A stretch of 64,000 nucleotides of DNA from Alphaproteobacteria bacterium (lineage in GTDB: Bacteria > Pseudomonadota > Alphaproteobacteria > UBA2966). The notes under the pieces are model-generated. The model did not search any database. It was not told the origin of the DNA and saw only the letters and a program-made list of their open reading frames with translations. Positions 10,082 through 19,490 of this stretch are shown piece by piece. Within the stretch, counting starts at the first letter, position 1. The number at the start of each line of letters is the position of its first letter. Both the position numbers and the translations under genes were made by a program. The stretch is from assembly GCA_964291395.2 (NCBI GenBank), contig OZ219856.1, positions 1,888,001-1,952,000 of the forward strand, written 5' to 3'.

Positions 10082-10283
10082 GTCGGCCTCCTGAGCTGAT
10101 TTCGGCGCCTGACGCCGCACGGCGACACTTTACGGCCGCCCTCCCCCGGTTACAACCGCGTGCCGGACCCGGGGCCGGATCCCGGGTCCGACCCCAAATT
10201 GCCTCTGGTGCGGCCCGATCGAAACGGCTAGGAGTCCCACCGGGATCGCCTTCGATCCCGGGGCCATCGAACAGCGAGAGTCC

Positions 10284-11201
10284 GTGACGACACCGACGAA
10301 ATCCGACGGCCAGCTCGAGCGGTCCCTGCTTACCGGCCGGTTCGCCGTGACGGCGGAGATCACGCCGCCTCTCTCGGCCGATCCGGGTTCGATGATCGAG
10401 CGGGCCGTGCCGCTCAAGGGGCTGGTGGACGCCGTCAACGTCACCGAGGGCGCGGGCGCCCGGGCGCACCTGTCCAGTCTCGCCGCGGCGGGCCAACTGG
10501 TCCGGGCCGGGCTCGAGCCGGTGCTGCAGATCAACGGGCGCGACCGCAACAGACTTCTTCTCCAGCGGGACGTCCTGGGCGCCGCCGCCCTCGGCATCCC
10601 CAATCTGCTGGCGTTGCGGGGCGATCCGATTTTCAACGGCGACGAACCGGAAGCCACGGAGGTTCCGGATCTCGGCGCGGCGGACATCGTCCGGATCGCC
10701 GCGCGCATGCGCGACACCGGCACGCTGCCGTCCGGCCGCGGGATCGAGGCGGCTCCGCGCGTCCTCGTGGGCGCGACCGACATGCCCGTGGAGCCGGCCG
10801 TCGGCTGGACCCCGGAGAGCCTGCGGCGGAAGCTCGATGCCGGAGCCGACTTCATCCAGACCCAGTTCTGCTTCGACGCCGGGCTCCTCAAACGGTACAT
10901 GGCCGCCCTCGCCGACGCGGGACTCGGCGGGACGACCGGGTACCTGGTGGGACTCGGCCCCCTGACCTCCGAGCGTCAGGCGCGCTGGCTCGTCGACAAC
11001 CTGTTCGGCACGGTGATTCCCGAACCCGTCATCTCCCATCTCGGCAAGGCGACGGACCCGCGCGGCGAGGGCCGCCGCATCGTCGCGGACCTGGCGCGCG
11101 AAATCGTGGAGATACCGGGCGTCGACGGCGTCCACCTGATGGGGCACCGGGCCGAGGCCGAGTCGGCGGAGATCATCGCCGTTTCGGGCCTCCGGGGTTG
11201 A
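10284..11201 (+). CDS. metF: methylenetetrahydrofolate reductase
   Basis: AEITPP, AVNVT, GRDRNR, LALRGD, AGADFIQTQFCFD and GVHLM motifs. Confidence 0.88.
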   Translation: MTTPTKSDGQLERSLLTGRFAVTAEITPPLSADPGSMIERAVPLKGLVDAVNVTEGAGARAHLSSLAAAGQLVRAGLEPVLQINGRDRNRLLLQRDVLGAAALGIPNLLALRGDPIFNGDEPEATEVPDLGAADIVRIAARMRDTGTLPSGRGIEAAPRVLVGATDMPVEPAVGWTPESLRRKLDAGADFIQTQFCFDAGLLKRYMAALADAGLGGTTGYLVGLGPLTSERQARWLVDNLFGTVIPEPVISHLGKATDPRGEGRRIVADLAREIVEIPGVDGVHLMGHRAEAESAEIIAVSGLRG

Positions 11202-11235
11202 CGGCGGGCCGGATCGGACAAGGGAAACGACGACG

Positions 11236-12354
11236 GTGCAGACGGACCACGACACGGACGCGCAGGCCTGGCTTCGTCCGAGCGTTCGGGACATCCCGGC
11301 CTACGAAGGGCCGAAGACGGCGGCCGACGTGGACACCGGCAAGGTGCGGCTGCTCCACCTGAACGAGAGCCCGCATCCGCCGTCGCCCAAAGCCATCGAG
11401 GCCATCCGGGATTTCGGCGATCACCTCAACCGCTACCCGGACATCCACGCGCGGGCCCTGGCGGACGCCCTCTCGGCGCGAACGGGAGTACCCGCCGGCC
11501 AGATCATCTTCGGCGCCGGCACCGACGAGCTGGTGCATTTCGTCTGCCAGATCACCACCGGCCCCGGGGACGCCGCGGTCATGCCCTGGCCGACGTTCCC
11601 CCGGTATGCGCTGACGACCCGAATCGGGGGCGGCGAGGCGATCAAGGTGCCCCTCGACGGCGGCGGGGCCAACGACGCGGGCGCCCTGCTCGCCGCGATC
11701 AACAACCGGACGCGCACGGTGTGGTGCTGCACTCCGAACCCGCCGTCCGGCGGCATGATGGACGAGACGGCCCTGCGCCGACTCGCCGAGGGCGTGCCGG
11801 AAAACGTGCTGCTCGCGGTCGACGAGGCCTATCACGAATACGGCCGGCACGCGGGCGGACCGGACGTCCTGGCGGCACTGAAGGGCCGCCGCGGCCCGTG
11901 GCTGGTCTTGCGGACATTTTCCAAGGCCTACGGCCTCGGCGCCGTGCGGGTGGGGTATGCGCTCTGCGGTTCGGCCGAAGTCTCCGACGCGCTGCGCAAG
12001 ACCAGGCTGCAATACGGCGCCAACTCGCCGGGCCAGGCGGCCGCCCTCGCCGCCCTCGGAGACGATGCCTACCTGCAAAAGACCCTGGATCTGATGACCG
12101 CCGAGCGGACGCGGCTCGCCGAAGGCCTCGCGGCCCTGGGTCTGACACCCCTGCCGACCGCGGCGAATTTCGTTTCCGCGGAACTGCCTTGCGACGCCGC
12201 GGTGGTCTCGCGGGCGCTCGCCGAACGCGACATCCTGACGCGGGGCTGGCGCGATCCCGGGCATCCCCGCCACATCCGTATCACCGTGGGCCTGCCCGAG
12301 GACACCGACGCGGTGCTGACGGCCATGAAGGACGTCCTGGAGGATCTGCCTTGA
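11236..12354 (+). CDS. PLP-dependent aminotransferase, histidinol-phosphate transaminase (HisC)-like
   Basis: LHLNESP, PNPPSG, VDEAYHEY and RTFSKAYGLGAVRVGY motifs. Confidence 0.85.
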   Translation: MQTDHDTDAQAWLRPSVRDIPAYEGPKTAADVDTGKVRLLHLNESPHPPSPKAIEAIRDFGDHLNRYPDIHARALADALSARTGVPAGQIIFGAGTDELVHFVCQITTGPGDAAVMPWPTFPRYALTTRIGGGEAIKVPLDGGGANDAGALLAAINNRTRTVWCCTPNPPSGGMMDETALRRLAEGVPENVLLAVDEAYHEYGRHAGGPDVLAALKGRRGPWLVLRTFSKAYGLGAVRVGYALCGSAEVSDALRKTRLQYGANSPGQAAALAALGDDAYLQKTLDLMTAERTRLAEGLAALGLTPLPTAANFVSAELPCDAAVVSRALAERDILTRGWRDPGHPRHIRITVGLPEDTDAVLTAMKDVLEDLP

Positions 12355-12875
12355 CGGCCGCGGACAACAACGGTCCGCTGTCGGGCCGCGCCATCATCCA
12401 CGCGATCAAGGCCGCCGGCGTCGAGTACGTCGTCTCGGTTCCCGACATCGTGACCAGCGACGGCCTGCTGTGGCCGATCTCCCGCGATGCGGACCTCACG
12501 CACATCCGGGTGTGCAAGGAGGACGAGGGCGTATCCATCTGCACGGCGCTCGCCTATTGCGGCAAGCGCGCCCTCCTGCTGATCCAGAACACGGGATTCC
12601 TCGATTCCATCAACGCCATCCGCGCCATCGGCGTGGAATACGACAATCCGCTCTGCATGATGATCGGCCTCCAGGGAAAGGAGCCGGAGGTTCTCCCGAC
12701 CCGATCGAGCAAGGTGAGCGTGCGCATCGTCGAGCCCATGCTCGACGTCATGGGGATCGCGCACCATCTCCTGCAGACGACGGCGAACACCGATGCCATC
12801 GCGCCGGCGATCGAAGCCGCCTACCGGGACGACCATCCCGTGTGCTTCGTCATCGGCCAGAGCCCGAGCGCGTGA
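12351..12875 (+). CDS. TPP-dependent decarboxylase alpha subunit (ComD / phosphonopyruvate decarboxylase N-domain-like)
   Basis: TTGA overlap; VVSVPD, KEDEGVSIC and LIQNTGFLDSINA motifs. Confidence 0.75.
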   Translation: MTAADNNGPLSGRAIIHAIKAAGVEYVVSVPDIVTSDGLLWPISRDADLTHIRVCKEDEGVSICTALAYCGKRALLLIQNTGFLDSINAIRAIGVEYDNPLCMMIGLQGKEPEVLPTRSSKVSVRIVEPMLDVMGIAHHLLQTTANTDAIAPAIEAAYRDDHPVCFVIGQSPSA

Positions 12876-12885
12876 AGGCGTCCCC

Positions 12886-13530
12886 ATGAAACGGATGAAG
12901 CGCGACGCGGCACTGAAGGTCATTGCCCGGCATGCGGGCGACAGCCTCGTGGTCGCGGCGTACCAGGCCGCCTTCGAGTGGATCGTCATCCGCCCGAGCG
13001 ATTGCAACCTCATCGCCACGGGCGCCATGGGCCAAGCCTCCTCGCACGGTCTGGGGCTCGCCATCGGCCGGCCCGACCGCAAGGTCCTCGTGCTGGACGG
13101 CGACGGCAGCCTGCTGATGAACCTCGGCTCCCTCGTGACCATCGCCGAGGTGGCGCCGGCGAACCTCTTCCACTTCGTGTGCAACAACGGCGTCTACGAG
13201 GCCAACGGCGCTCACCCGACGCCGGGCTCCGACACCGTCGATTTTCCCGGACTGGCCCTCGCGGCCGGCTATGGATCGGCGGAGTCCTTCGACAACCTCC
13301 CCGACCTGGAGTCGCGTATCGGCGACGTGCTCGGCGGGCAAGGTCCCGTGCTCATCGACCTCAGGGTCGAGCAGGGCGAGGCCTATCCCCAGGACTACGC
13401 CTACATGCACGGCGCCGAGCACCGGGCCGCCTTCAAGGCCGCCCTTCGCGCCTCCGGGACCGGCACGGCCGCCTCCGACGGCGCGCACGGTCCGCGTCAG
13501 CCGCCGCGCGGGCGGGCCACGACCCGGTGA
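12886..13530 (+). CDS. TPP-dependent decarboxylase beta subunit (ComE-like)
   Basis: GAMGQASSHGLGLA and DGDGSLLMNLGSL...NNGVY TPP-binding motif. Confidence 0.8.
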   Translation: MKRMKRDAALKVIARHAGDSLVVAAYQAAFEWIVIRPSDCNLIATGAMGQASSHGLGLAIGRPDRKVLVLDGDGSLLMNLGSLVTIAEVAPANLFHFVCNNGVYEANGAHPTPGSDTVDFPGLALAAGYGSAESFDNLPDLESRIGDVLGGQGPVLIDLRVEQGEAYPQDYAYMHGAEHRAAFKAALRASGTGTAASDGAHGPRQPPRGRATTR

Positions 13531-13551
13531 CGACGGACAGGAAGGATCGAG

Positions 13552-13974
13552 ATGAGCGACGACGTCCCCAGCATCGTGTCGCACGTATCCATCGGCACGA
13601 ACGACTTCGAGCGGGCGATGGCCTTCTACGACGCCGTCATGCCCGCGGTCGGCGCCCGGCGCGTCATGGAGCATCCCGGCGCGGTCGCCTACGGCAAGCA
13701 GTTCCCCGAATTCTGGGTGCAGACCCCGGTCGACGAAACGCCGGCCACCACGGGCAACGGCATCCATTTCGGCTTCATCGCCTCGTCGAAGGAAATGGTG
13801 CGGGCCTTCTACGACGCGGCCATCGCGGCGGGCGCGGCCGACGACGGCGCCCCGGGTCCGCGCCCCCTCTACGGCGAGCCCTATTACGGCTGCTTCGTTC
13901 GCGACCCCGACGGCCACAAGATCGAAGCGGCATATTGGGACACGGAACTCGCGCGGAAGCTCGGCATGGGCTGA
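13552..13974 (+). CDS. VOC (glyoxalase/bleomycin resistance) family protein
   Basis: SHVSIGTND, GNGIHFGF and YYGCFVRDPDGHKIEA motifs. Confidence 0.88.
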   Translation: MSDDVPSIVSHVSIGTNDFERAMAFYDAVMPAVGARRVMEHPGAVAYGKQFPEFWVQTPVDETPATTGNGIHFGFIASSKEMVRAFYDAAIAAGAADDGAPGPRPLYGEPYYGCFVRDPDGHKIEAAYWDTELARKLGMG

Positions 13975-13991
13975 CTCAGGCCCTCCCCCGC

Positions 13992-14032
13992 CCGGCCCGG
14001 CTCTCGTAACGGGCGGCGAGGGTATTGGCGCC
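13992..14032. repeat. 41-bp direct repeat, copy 1 (orphan original 3' end of the DMT gene)
   Basis: ccggcccggctctcgtaacgggcggcgagggtattggcgcc, 40/41 identical to 14897-14937. Confidence 0.9.
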
Positions 14033-14118
14033 CAACGCCAAACCCCGCCACTTGGCGATGAACGCGCCCGGCATCATCGCGGGCGGCTCCGGATGCTCCG
14101 TCGCCCGCAGCGAAACGC

Positions 14119-14541
14119 TCACGCGTCCGTCCACGGGTCGATCACGTCGACGCCCGCGTCCGCGAAGTCCCGGACGTTACGCGTCGCCACCGTCATGCCG
14201 CGCGAGCGCGCAATGGCCGCGATCTGACAGTCCGACTGGGAAACCGGACGCCCAGCGGCGCGGCAGGCCGCCGCAATATCGGCGTAGGCGCGCGCCGCAC
14301 CACTATCAAACGGCAGAATCCGACCGGCGAACAGCTCCCCGAGCGTTCGCTCGGCGGCGTCCGCGAGACCTCGCCGCCGCGCACCGTCCGGCAAGACGGC
14401 GATTCCCGTGCGGACCTCCGCTTCCGTGACCGCCGTCACGAACAACTCGCGCGTCGGTTGCTCGTCCATCCAGGAAAGAACCTCCGCGCTCGGCGCGTCG
14501 CGCATCAGTTCGGATACCACGTTCGTGTCCAGCAAGACCAT
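14119..14541 (-). CDS. vapC: type II toxin VapC/FitB (PIN domain)
   Basis: LLDTNVVSE, TEAEV, DCQIAAIA and ATRNVRDF PIN motifs. Confidence 0.92.
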   Translation of the reverse strand: MVLLDTNVVSELMRDAPSAEVLSWMDEQPTRELFVTAVTEAEVRTGIAVLPDGARRRGLADAAERTLGELFAGRILPFDSGAARAYADIAAACRAAGRPVSQSDCQIAAIARSRGMTVATRNVRDFADAGVDVIDPWTDA

Positions 14542-14548
14542 GGCCGTC

Positions 14549-14794
14549 TCAGTCGAAGCTCGGCGGCTCGCGCATCGGGCCGCGCGGCGGCAACTCCAAC
14601 TCGACGCCGCCGAAGGGCCTGAACAGTTCGTGGATCGCCGTTCCGAGACCCTTCTCCGGCACGGCTTGCCGTCCGACCGCCTCGCGCAGGATCAGCCGCA
14701 CTTCCTCTTCCATGGAACGGCCGTTTCCCGCCGCGCGTTTGCGAAGCCGGGTCTTCACGTCGTCGTCGAGATTGCGGATCGTGATGCTCGCCAT
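14549..14794 (-). CDS. FitA-like ribbon-helix-helix antitoxin
   Basis: MASITIRNLDDDVKTRLRKRAAGNGRSMEEEVRLIL; directly upstream of the PIN toxin. Confidence 0.9.
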   Translation of the reverse strand: MASITIRNLDDDVKTRLRKRAAGNGRSMEEEVRLILREAVGRQAVPEKGLGTAIHELFRPFGGVELELPPRGPMREPPSFD

Positions 14795-14871
14795 GTCCTT
14801 GCTCTCCGTCGGCACATCTAACGGAAGCCTACGCAGTGCTTGCGACGCGATCAAACCGTGGTTTTCCCGCT

Positions 14872-15732
14872 TTACTTCCGACCTATCCGGCGCGATCCGG
14901 CCCGGCTCTCGTAACGGGTGGCGAGGGTATTGGCGCCGACGATCAGGACGGCGCCGAGCCAGGTCCAGACGTCCGGCACCTGCGAAAAGACCAAAAAGCC
15001 GATGACGGTGACGAATATCAGGCGCATGAAGTCGAAAGGCACGATGACCGAGACGTCGGCTGCGCCATAGGCCTTTACCAGGCAGAGCTGGGCGATGGTG
15101 CCCAGCAAACCCGACGCGGCGGCGACCCCGAGGATCTCGGTGGACGGAGTTCGCCAGAACGGCAGGGACATGCCGAGGGTGACCACCGACATGAACAGGG
15201 AGACGTAGAAGACCACGGTGAACGGAGCTTCGGTGGCGCTGAGCCGTCGGGTGATGAGCGCCGAGGCGGCGAAGCCGCACGCCGCCGCAAGCGCCACCAG
15301 CGCCCCGGGCTGCACGATGGCGATGCCGGGCCGGATGATCGCCAGCACCCCGACGAAGCCCGCCAAGACCGCCAACCATCGGGCGCGGGTAACGTCCTCG
15401 CGCAGAATCAACGCTCCGCCCAAGACCGTGAAGATCGGCATGGAAAAGCTGAGGGCCGTCGCCTCGGCCAACGGCACCAGGCTGAGGGCCACGACCCAGA
15501 GGGTGAACCCGAACACGCTCGAACAGCCCCGCGCCAGGTGCAAACCGGGGCGGCGGGTCTTCAGGGCACCGAACCCGGTCCTCAGTATCCACGGACCGAG
15601 GAACAGCAGACCGAAGACGCTTCGCAGGAAGACGGTCTGGAAGGGATGCAGCTCCAGGGTGATGTGACGGAGCATCCCGTCCATCGAGGCGAAGCAGAAC
15701 ATCGCCACGGACATCCACAGCCCGCCCCGCAC
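14872..15732 (-). CDS. DMT/EamA family transporter (start uncertain)
   Basis: about 10 TM segments; LAEATALSFSMPIF, ILREDV and GFVGVLAIIRPG motifs. Confidence 0.85.
   Translation of the reverse strand: MRGGLWMSVAMFCFASMDGMLRHITLELHPFQTVFLRSVFGLLFLGPWILRTGFGALKTRRPGLHLARGCSSVFGFTLWVVALSLVPLAEATALSFSMPIFTVLGGALILREDVTRARWLAVLAGFVGVLAIIRPGIAIVQPGALVALAAACGFAASALITRRLSATEAPFTVVFYVSLFMSVVTLGMSLPFWRTPSTEILGVAAASGLLGTIAQLCLVKAYGAADVSVIVPFDFMRLIFVTVIGFLVFSQVPDVWTWLGAVLIVGANTLATRYESRAGSRRIGRK
14897..14937. repeat. 41-bp direct repeat, copy 2 (inside the DMT gene 3' end)
   Basis: matches 13992-14032 with one mismatch. Confidence 0.9.
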
Positions 15733-15795
15733 GGCGGCGGGCAGTCCGGTGCCGCTTACGGTCCGTATCGTCTCCGGCCCCGGGGCGCGGCCTCC

Positions 15796-16662
15796 CTATC
15801 CCAGGCCCATCTGCGCCAGGACGGCCAGGGTCAGGGGATGGCCGGGGTCGGCCAGCCGGTCCGTGACGTCGAAATGGTTGTCGCCGTCCAGCTCCACGTA
15901 TTCGCTCTCGAGGCCGAGATCCCCGCACTTCTCGGCGAAATCCTTCGACTGCCGCCTGAAGGTCTCCGACTCCGCACCGCCGACCGCGCAAAGGACCGGT
16001 CCATTGAAATGCAACGGCAGGTATTGCGGGCTGCAGGCCGCCGCATCCTCGGCGGTCAGACGGATGTCCTTCTGCAGGTCGCTGTGGCGATGGGGCTCGA
16101 TGTCGAACAGGCCGCTGAGCGGTACGGCCCCGCGGATCAGATCCGCCGGCAGGCCGTGGTCGGCCGACCAGTCGGTCGCCATCATCATGCCGGTCAGGTG
16201 CCCGCCGGCGGAATGGCCGCACACGTGAATGCGCCCCGGATCGCCGTTGTGATCCGCGATGTTGTCGAAGGTCCAGATCAGCGCCCTGCGGACCTGCTCC
16301 ACGATGTCCGGGACCGCGACGCCGGGGCAGAGCTCGTACTCGGGCGTCACCGCCGCGCCGCCGGCGGCGACCACGGGCTCCACGCACTCGCTATAGACGC
16401 TCTTCTCGAGCGCGCGCCAGTAGCCGCCGTGGATGAAGAAGAACACCGGCGCCCCGGGCCGGGCTGCGGGAAAGACGTCGAGGACCTGCCGCGGCGTGTC
16501 TCCATAGGGGACATCCAGATGACAGGGCAGACGTTCGCGGGCTGCGGCGCTGCGCTCGGCCCCCTTCGCCAGATGTCCGTCGACATCGGGCACGGTGAGG
16601 CGCGGCAACAGCTCGAGGTCGAGCTGCCGGCGCTCGGCCTCGGTCATGTTCTCGTAGTCCAT
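15796..16662 (-). CDS. alpha/beta hydrolase, kynurenine formamidase/esterase-like
   Basis: IHGGYWR, GHSAGGHL and NHFD motifs. Confidence 0.85.
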   Translation of the reverse strand: MDYENMTEAERRQLDLELLPRLTVPDVDGHLAKGAERSAAARERLPCHLDVPYGDTPRQVLDVFPAARPGAPVFFFIHGGYWRALEKSVYSECVEPVVAAGGAAVTPEYELCPGVAVPDIVEQVRRALIWTFDNIADHNGDPGRIHVCGHSAGGHLTGMMMATDWSADHGLPADLIRGAVPLSGLFDIEPHRHSDLQKDIRLTAEDAAACSPQYLPLHFNGPVLCAVGGAESETFRRQSKDFAEKCGDLGLESEYVELDGDNHFDVTDRLADPGHPLTLAVLAQMGLG

Positions 16663-16892
16663 GGCATCTCCCCGTCAAACCACCGAGGCACGGAGGCGCC
16701 CCGCATGCGGCCGGATCGGCTCGTTCCCGGTCCACCTTAGGTGATGATTCACGTTTGTTCCATTTCTCGGGCACGCGATGCCCGAAAAAGGACGCCGAAC
16801 GGAACCTTCCACGCCAACCGGTCCGACGCCGGCATCATCGCCTCTGTGTCCGCGGGGCTCCGTGGTTCATAATCCGCCGGGGAGGAACGAAC

Positions 16893-17957
16893 ATGACCTA
16901 CACCTTCGGCGTCATGCCGGGCGACGACATCGGACCCGAGGTGGTCCCGGAAGCGCTGCGGGTCGCCCGCGCGGCGCTCGACAAGGCCGGCGTCGACGCG
17001 ACATGGGAGGACCTGCCGGTCGGCTGGGCCGCCTACCAGGAGCTCGGCACCACCATGCCCGAAGACACCATCCCGCGGCTCCGGGAAATGGACGGCTGCG
17101 TGCTCGGCCCCATCGGCCACCGCGCCTATCCGCGGGACGATCCCAAGGCCATCCGCCCGGTGCCGGTGATGCGAAAGCAGATGGACCTCTACATGAGCGT
17201 GCGGCCGGCCAAGTCCTACCCTTCCCTGACCTCTCTCCACCAGGACGTCGATCTCGCTATCGTTCGGGAGAACTCCGAGGGCTTTCCGCCCGACCGGAAC
17301 ATGGTCATGGGCTCCGGCGAGTTTCGGCCGACCGAGGACGTGACGCTCTCGGTCCGGGTGATCACGCGCCGGGCGAGCGAGCGTATCGCCCGCGCCGCCT
17401 TCGAGGTGGCCCGCGCCCGGCCCGCCAGGCACGTCACCGCCGTGCACAAGGACACGGTGTTCATGCTGAGCTGCGGCATGTTCGCCGAGGAGTGCCGCAA
17501 GGTCGCCGCCGAGTACCCGGACATCGCCTTCGACGAGGTCATGGTCGACAGCTTCGCCGCTCACCTCGTCATGAAGCCCCAGCAGTTCGACACGATCTGC
17601 ATCACCAATACCTTCGGCGACATCATGGTGGACCTCGCCTCGGGCCTCGTCGGCGGCATGGGCATGGCGCCCGCCATTTCGGCGAGCGACTCCTTCGTCA
17701 TGGCCCAGGCCAGCCACGGCTCGGCACCGGACATCGCCGGCCGGGGCATCGCCAATCCCTACGCCGAGATCATGTCGATGGCGATGATGTTCGAGCACCT
17801 CGGCCGCACGCGCTCCGACGCGGGTATGAGCAAGGCCGCCCGGCTCGTCGAAGGCGCCGTGGAAGGCGTCATCGCGGACGGCGCGCCGCTGACGCCGGAT
17901 CTCGGCGGCACGGCTTCGACGTCGGAAATGGGCGCCGCCATCGCCGCCTCCGTATAA
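16893..17957 (+). CDS. isocitrate/isopropylmalate/tartrate dehydrogenase family protein
   Basis: PGDDIGPEV, VRENSEG, NTFGDI and HGSAPDIAGRGIANP motifs; GGAGG RBS. Confidence 0.88.
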   Translation: MTYTFGVMPGDDIGPEVVPEALRVARAALDKAGVDATWEDLPVGWAAYQELGTTMPEDTIPRLREMDGCVLGPIGHRAYPRDDPKAIRPVPVMRKQMDLYMSVRPAKSYPSLTSLHQDVDLAIVRENSEGFPPDRNMVMGSGEFRPTEDVTLSVRVITRRASERIARAAFEVARARPARHVTAVHKDTVFMLSCGMFAEECRKVAAEYPDIAFDEVMVDSFAAHLVMKPQQFDTICITNTFGDIMVDLASGLVGGMGMAPAISASDSFVMAQASHGSAPDIAGRGIANPYAEIMSMAMMFEHLGRTRSDAGMSKAARLVEGAVEGVIADGAPLTPDLGGTASTSEMGAAIAASV

Positions 17958-18017
17958 TCGAACCACGGACAGCAACCGAATTCATCGGAAACATCCACGA
18001 CGGGGAGACGCACCTTC

Positions 18018-19466
18018 ATGGAACACTTCGGCATGTACATCGACGGCGAGCGCTGCGAGGCCGCCGCCGGCGCCTGGTTCGACACGGACAACCCCTATAC
18101 CGCCGCGCCCTGGGCCAAGGTCGCCAAGGCCGACGCCGGGGACGCCGACCGGGCCGTACGGGCCGCGCACCGCGCCTTCACCGCCGGCGACTGGCCGAAG
18201 ATGAAGGCCTCGGACCGCGGCAGGCTCCTGGGCCGCCTCGGCGATCTGGTCCTGGAGAACGCCGAGGAACTCGCCCAGGCCGAAACGCGCGACAACGGCA
18301 AGGTCATCAGCGAGACCCGCAACCAGATGCGCACCATGGCCGGCTGGTATCACTACTACGCGGGCCTCGCCGACAAGATCCAGGGCGACACCATCCCCGT
18401 CGACGAGGACACGTTCCTCAACTACACGCGCTTCGAGCCGGTCGGCGTCTGCGTCGCCATCACGCCGTGGAATTCCCCGCTCAGGTTGCTGTCATGGAAG
18501 CTCGCGCCGGCGCTCGCCGCGGGCAACACCGTGGTCGTCAAGCCCTCGAGCAACACGTCGACCTCGACCCTCGTCTTCATGCGTCTCGTAGAGGAGGCGG
18601 GGTTTCCAGCCGGTGTCGTCAACGTCGTCACCGGGGGCGGCGGCGAGGTCGGCATGGCGCTGGTCGAGCACCCGCTGACCGCCAAGATCGCCTTCACCGG
18701 GAGCACCGAGGCCGGCACGCGGGTCTACGAGGCCGGCGCCCGGCACCTCAAGCGCGTGACGCTGGAGCTCGGCGGCAAATCCCCCAACATCCTGTTCGCC
18801 GACGCGGACCTCGAAAAAGCCGTCCCCGGCGTCGTCGCCGGCATCTTCGCCTCGACCGGCCAGACCTGCATCGCCGGCTCGCGCCTCCTGGTCCAGGAGA
18901 GCGTCCACGAAGAGGTTCTGAACAAGATCGTCGCCGTCGCCACGTCCCGGAAGATGGGTGATCCGACCCACGAGGGCACGCAACTCGGCCCCGTGGCCAC
19001 CGCTTCGCAGTTCGACAAGATCATGGAATACGTCGGCGTGGCCAAGGCCGACGGCGCGGAGCTCATGTGCGGCGGCAACCGGGGCACCGGGCCGGAATGC
19101 GGCGACGGGCGCTTCATCGAGGCCACCGTGTTCGACGGCGTCGACAACAAGATGCGCGTGGCGCAGGAGGAGATCTTCGGCCCCATCCTTTCGGTCATCC
19201 GCTTCAAGGACGACGACGAGGCCGTGAGCATCGCCAACGACATCGATTTCGGTCTCGCCGCCGGCATCTGGACCGAAAATCTGAGCCGCGCACACAGGGT
19301 CGCCCGCGGCGTGCAGGCCGGAACGGTGTGGGTCAACACGTACCGCCAGCAATCCCCGATGATGCCCTTCGGCGGCTACAAGAAATCGGGGCTCGGGCGC
19401 GAATCGGGCGCCGCCATGATCCGCGAGTACCTCCAGCAGAAAAGCGTCTGGGTGGGGCTGGCGTAA
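18018..19466 (+). CDS. aldehyde dehydrogenase
   Basis: TPWNSP, FTGST, LELGGKSP, GQTCIAG and EEIFGP motifs. Confidence 0.95.
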   Translation: MEHFGMYIDGERCEAAAGAWFDTDNPYTAAPWAKVAKADAGDADRAVRAAHRAFTAGDWPKMKASDRGRLLGRLGDLVLENAEELAQAETRDNGKVISETRNQMRTMAGWYHYYAGLADKIQGDTIPVDEDTFLNYTRFEPVGVCVAITPWNSPLRLLSWKLAPALAAGNTVVVKPSSNTSTSTLVFMRLVEEAGFPAGVVNVVTGGGGEVGMALVEHPLTAKIAFTGSTEAGTRVYEAGARHLKRVTLELGGKSPNILFADADLEKAVPGVVAGIFASTGQTCIAGSRLLVQESVHEEVLNKIVAVATSRKMGDPTHEGTQLGPVATASQFDKIMEYVGVAKADGAELMCGGNRGTGPECGDGRFIEATVFDGVDNKMRVAQEEIFGPILSVIRFKDDDEAVSIANDIDFGLAAGIWTENLSRAHRVARGVQAGTVWVNTYRQQSPMMPFGGYKKSGLGRESGAAMIREYLQQKSVWVGLA

Positions 19467-19490
19467 CAGGCGTCTTCCCCGGAGCCTCCG

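Noticed and set aside
10141-10283. Known SAM-II/SAM-alpha, SAM-SAH or ZTP riboswitch before metF
   Set aside because: The consensus nucleotides I recall are not convincingly present; kept only as an unassigned structured leader
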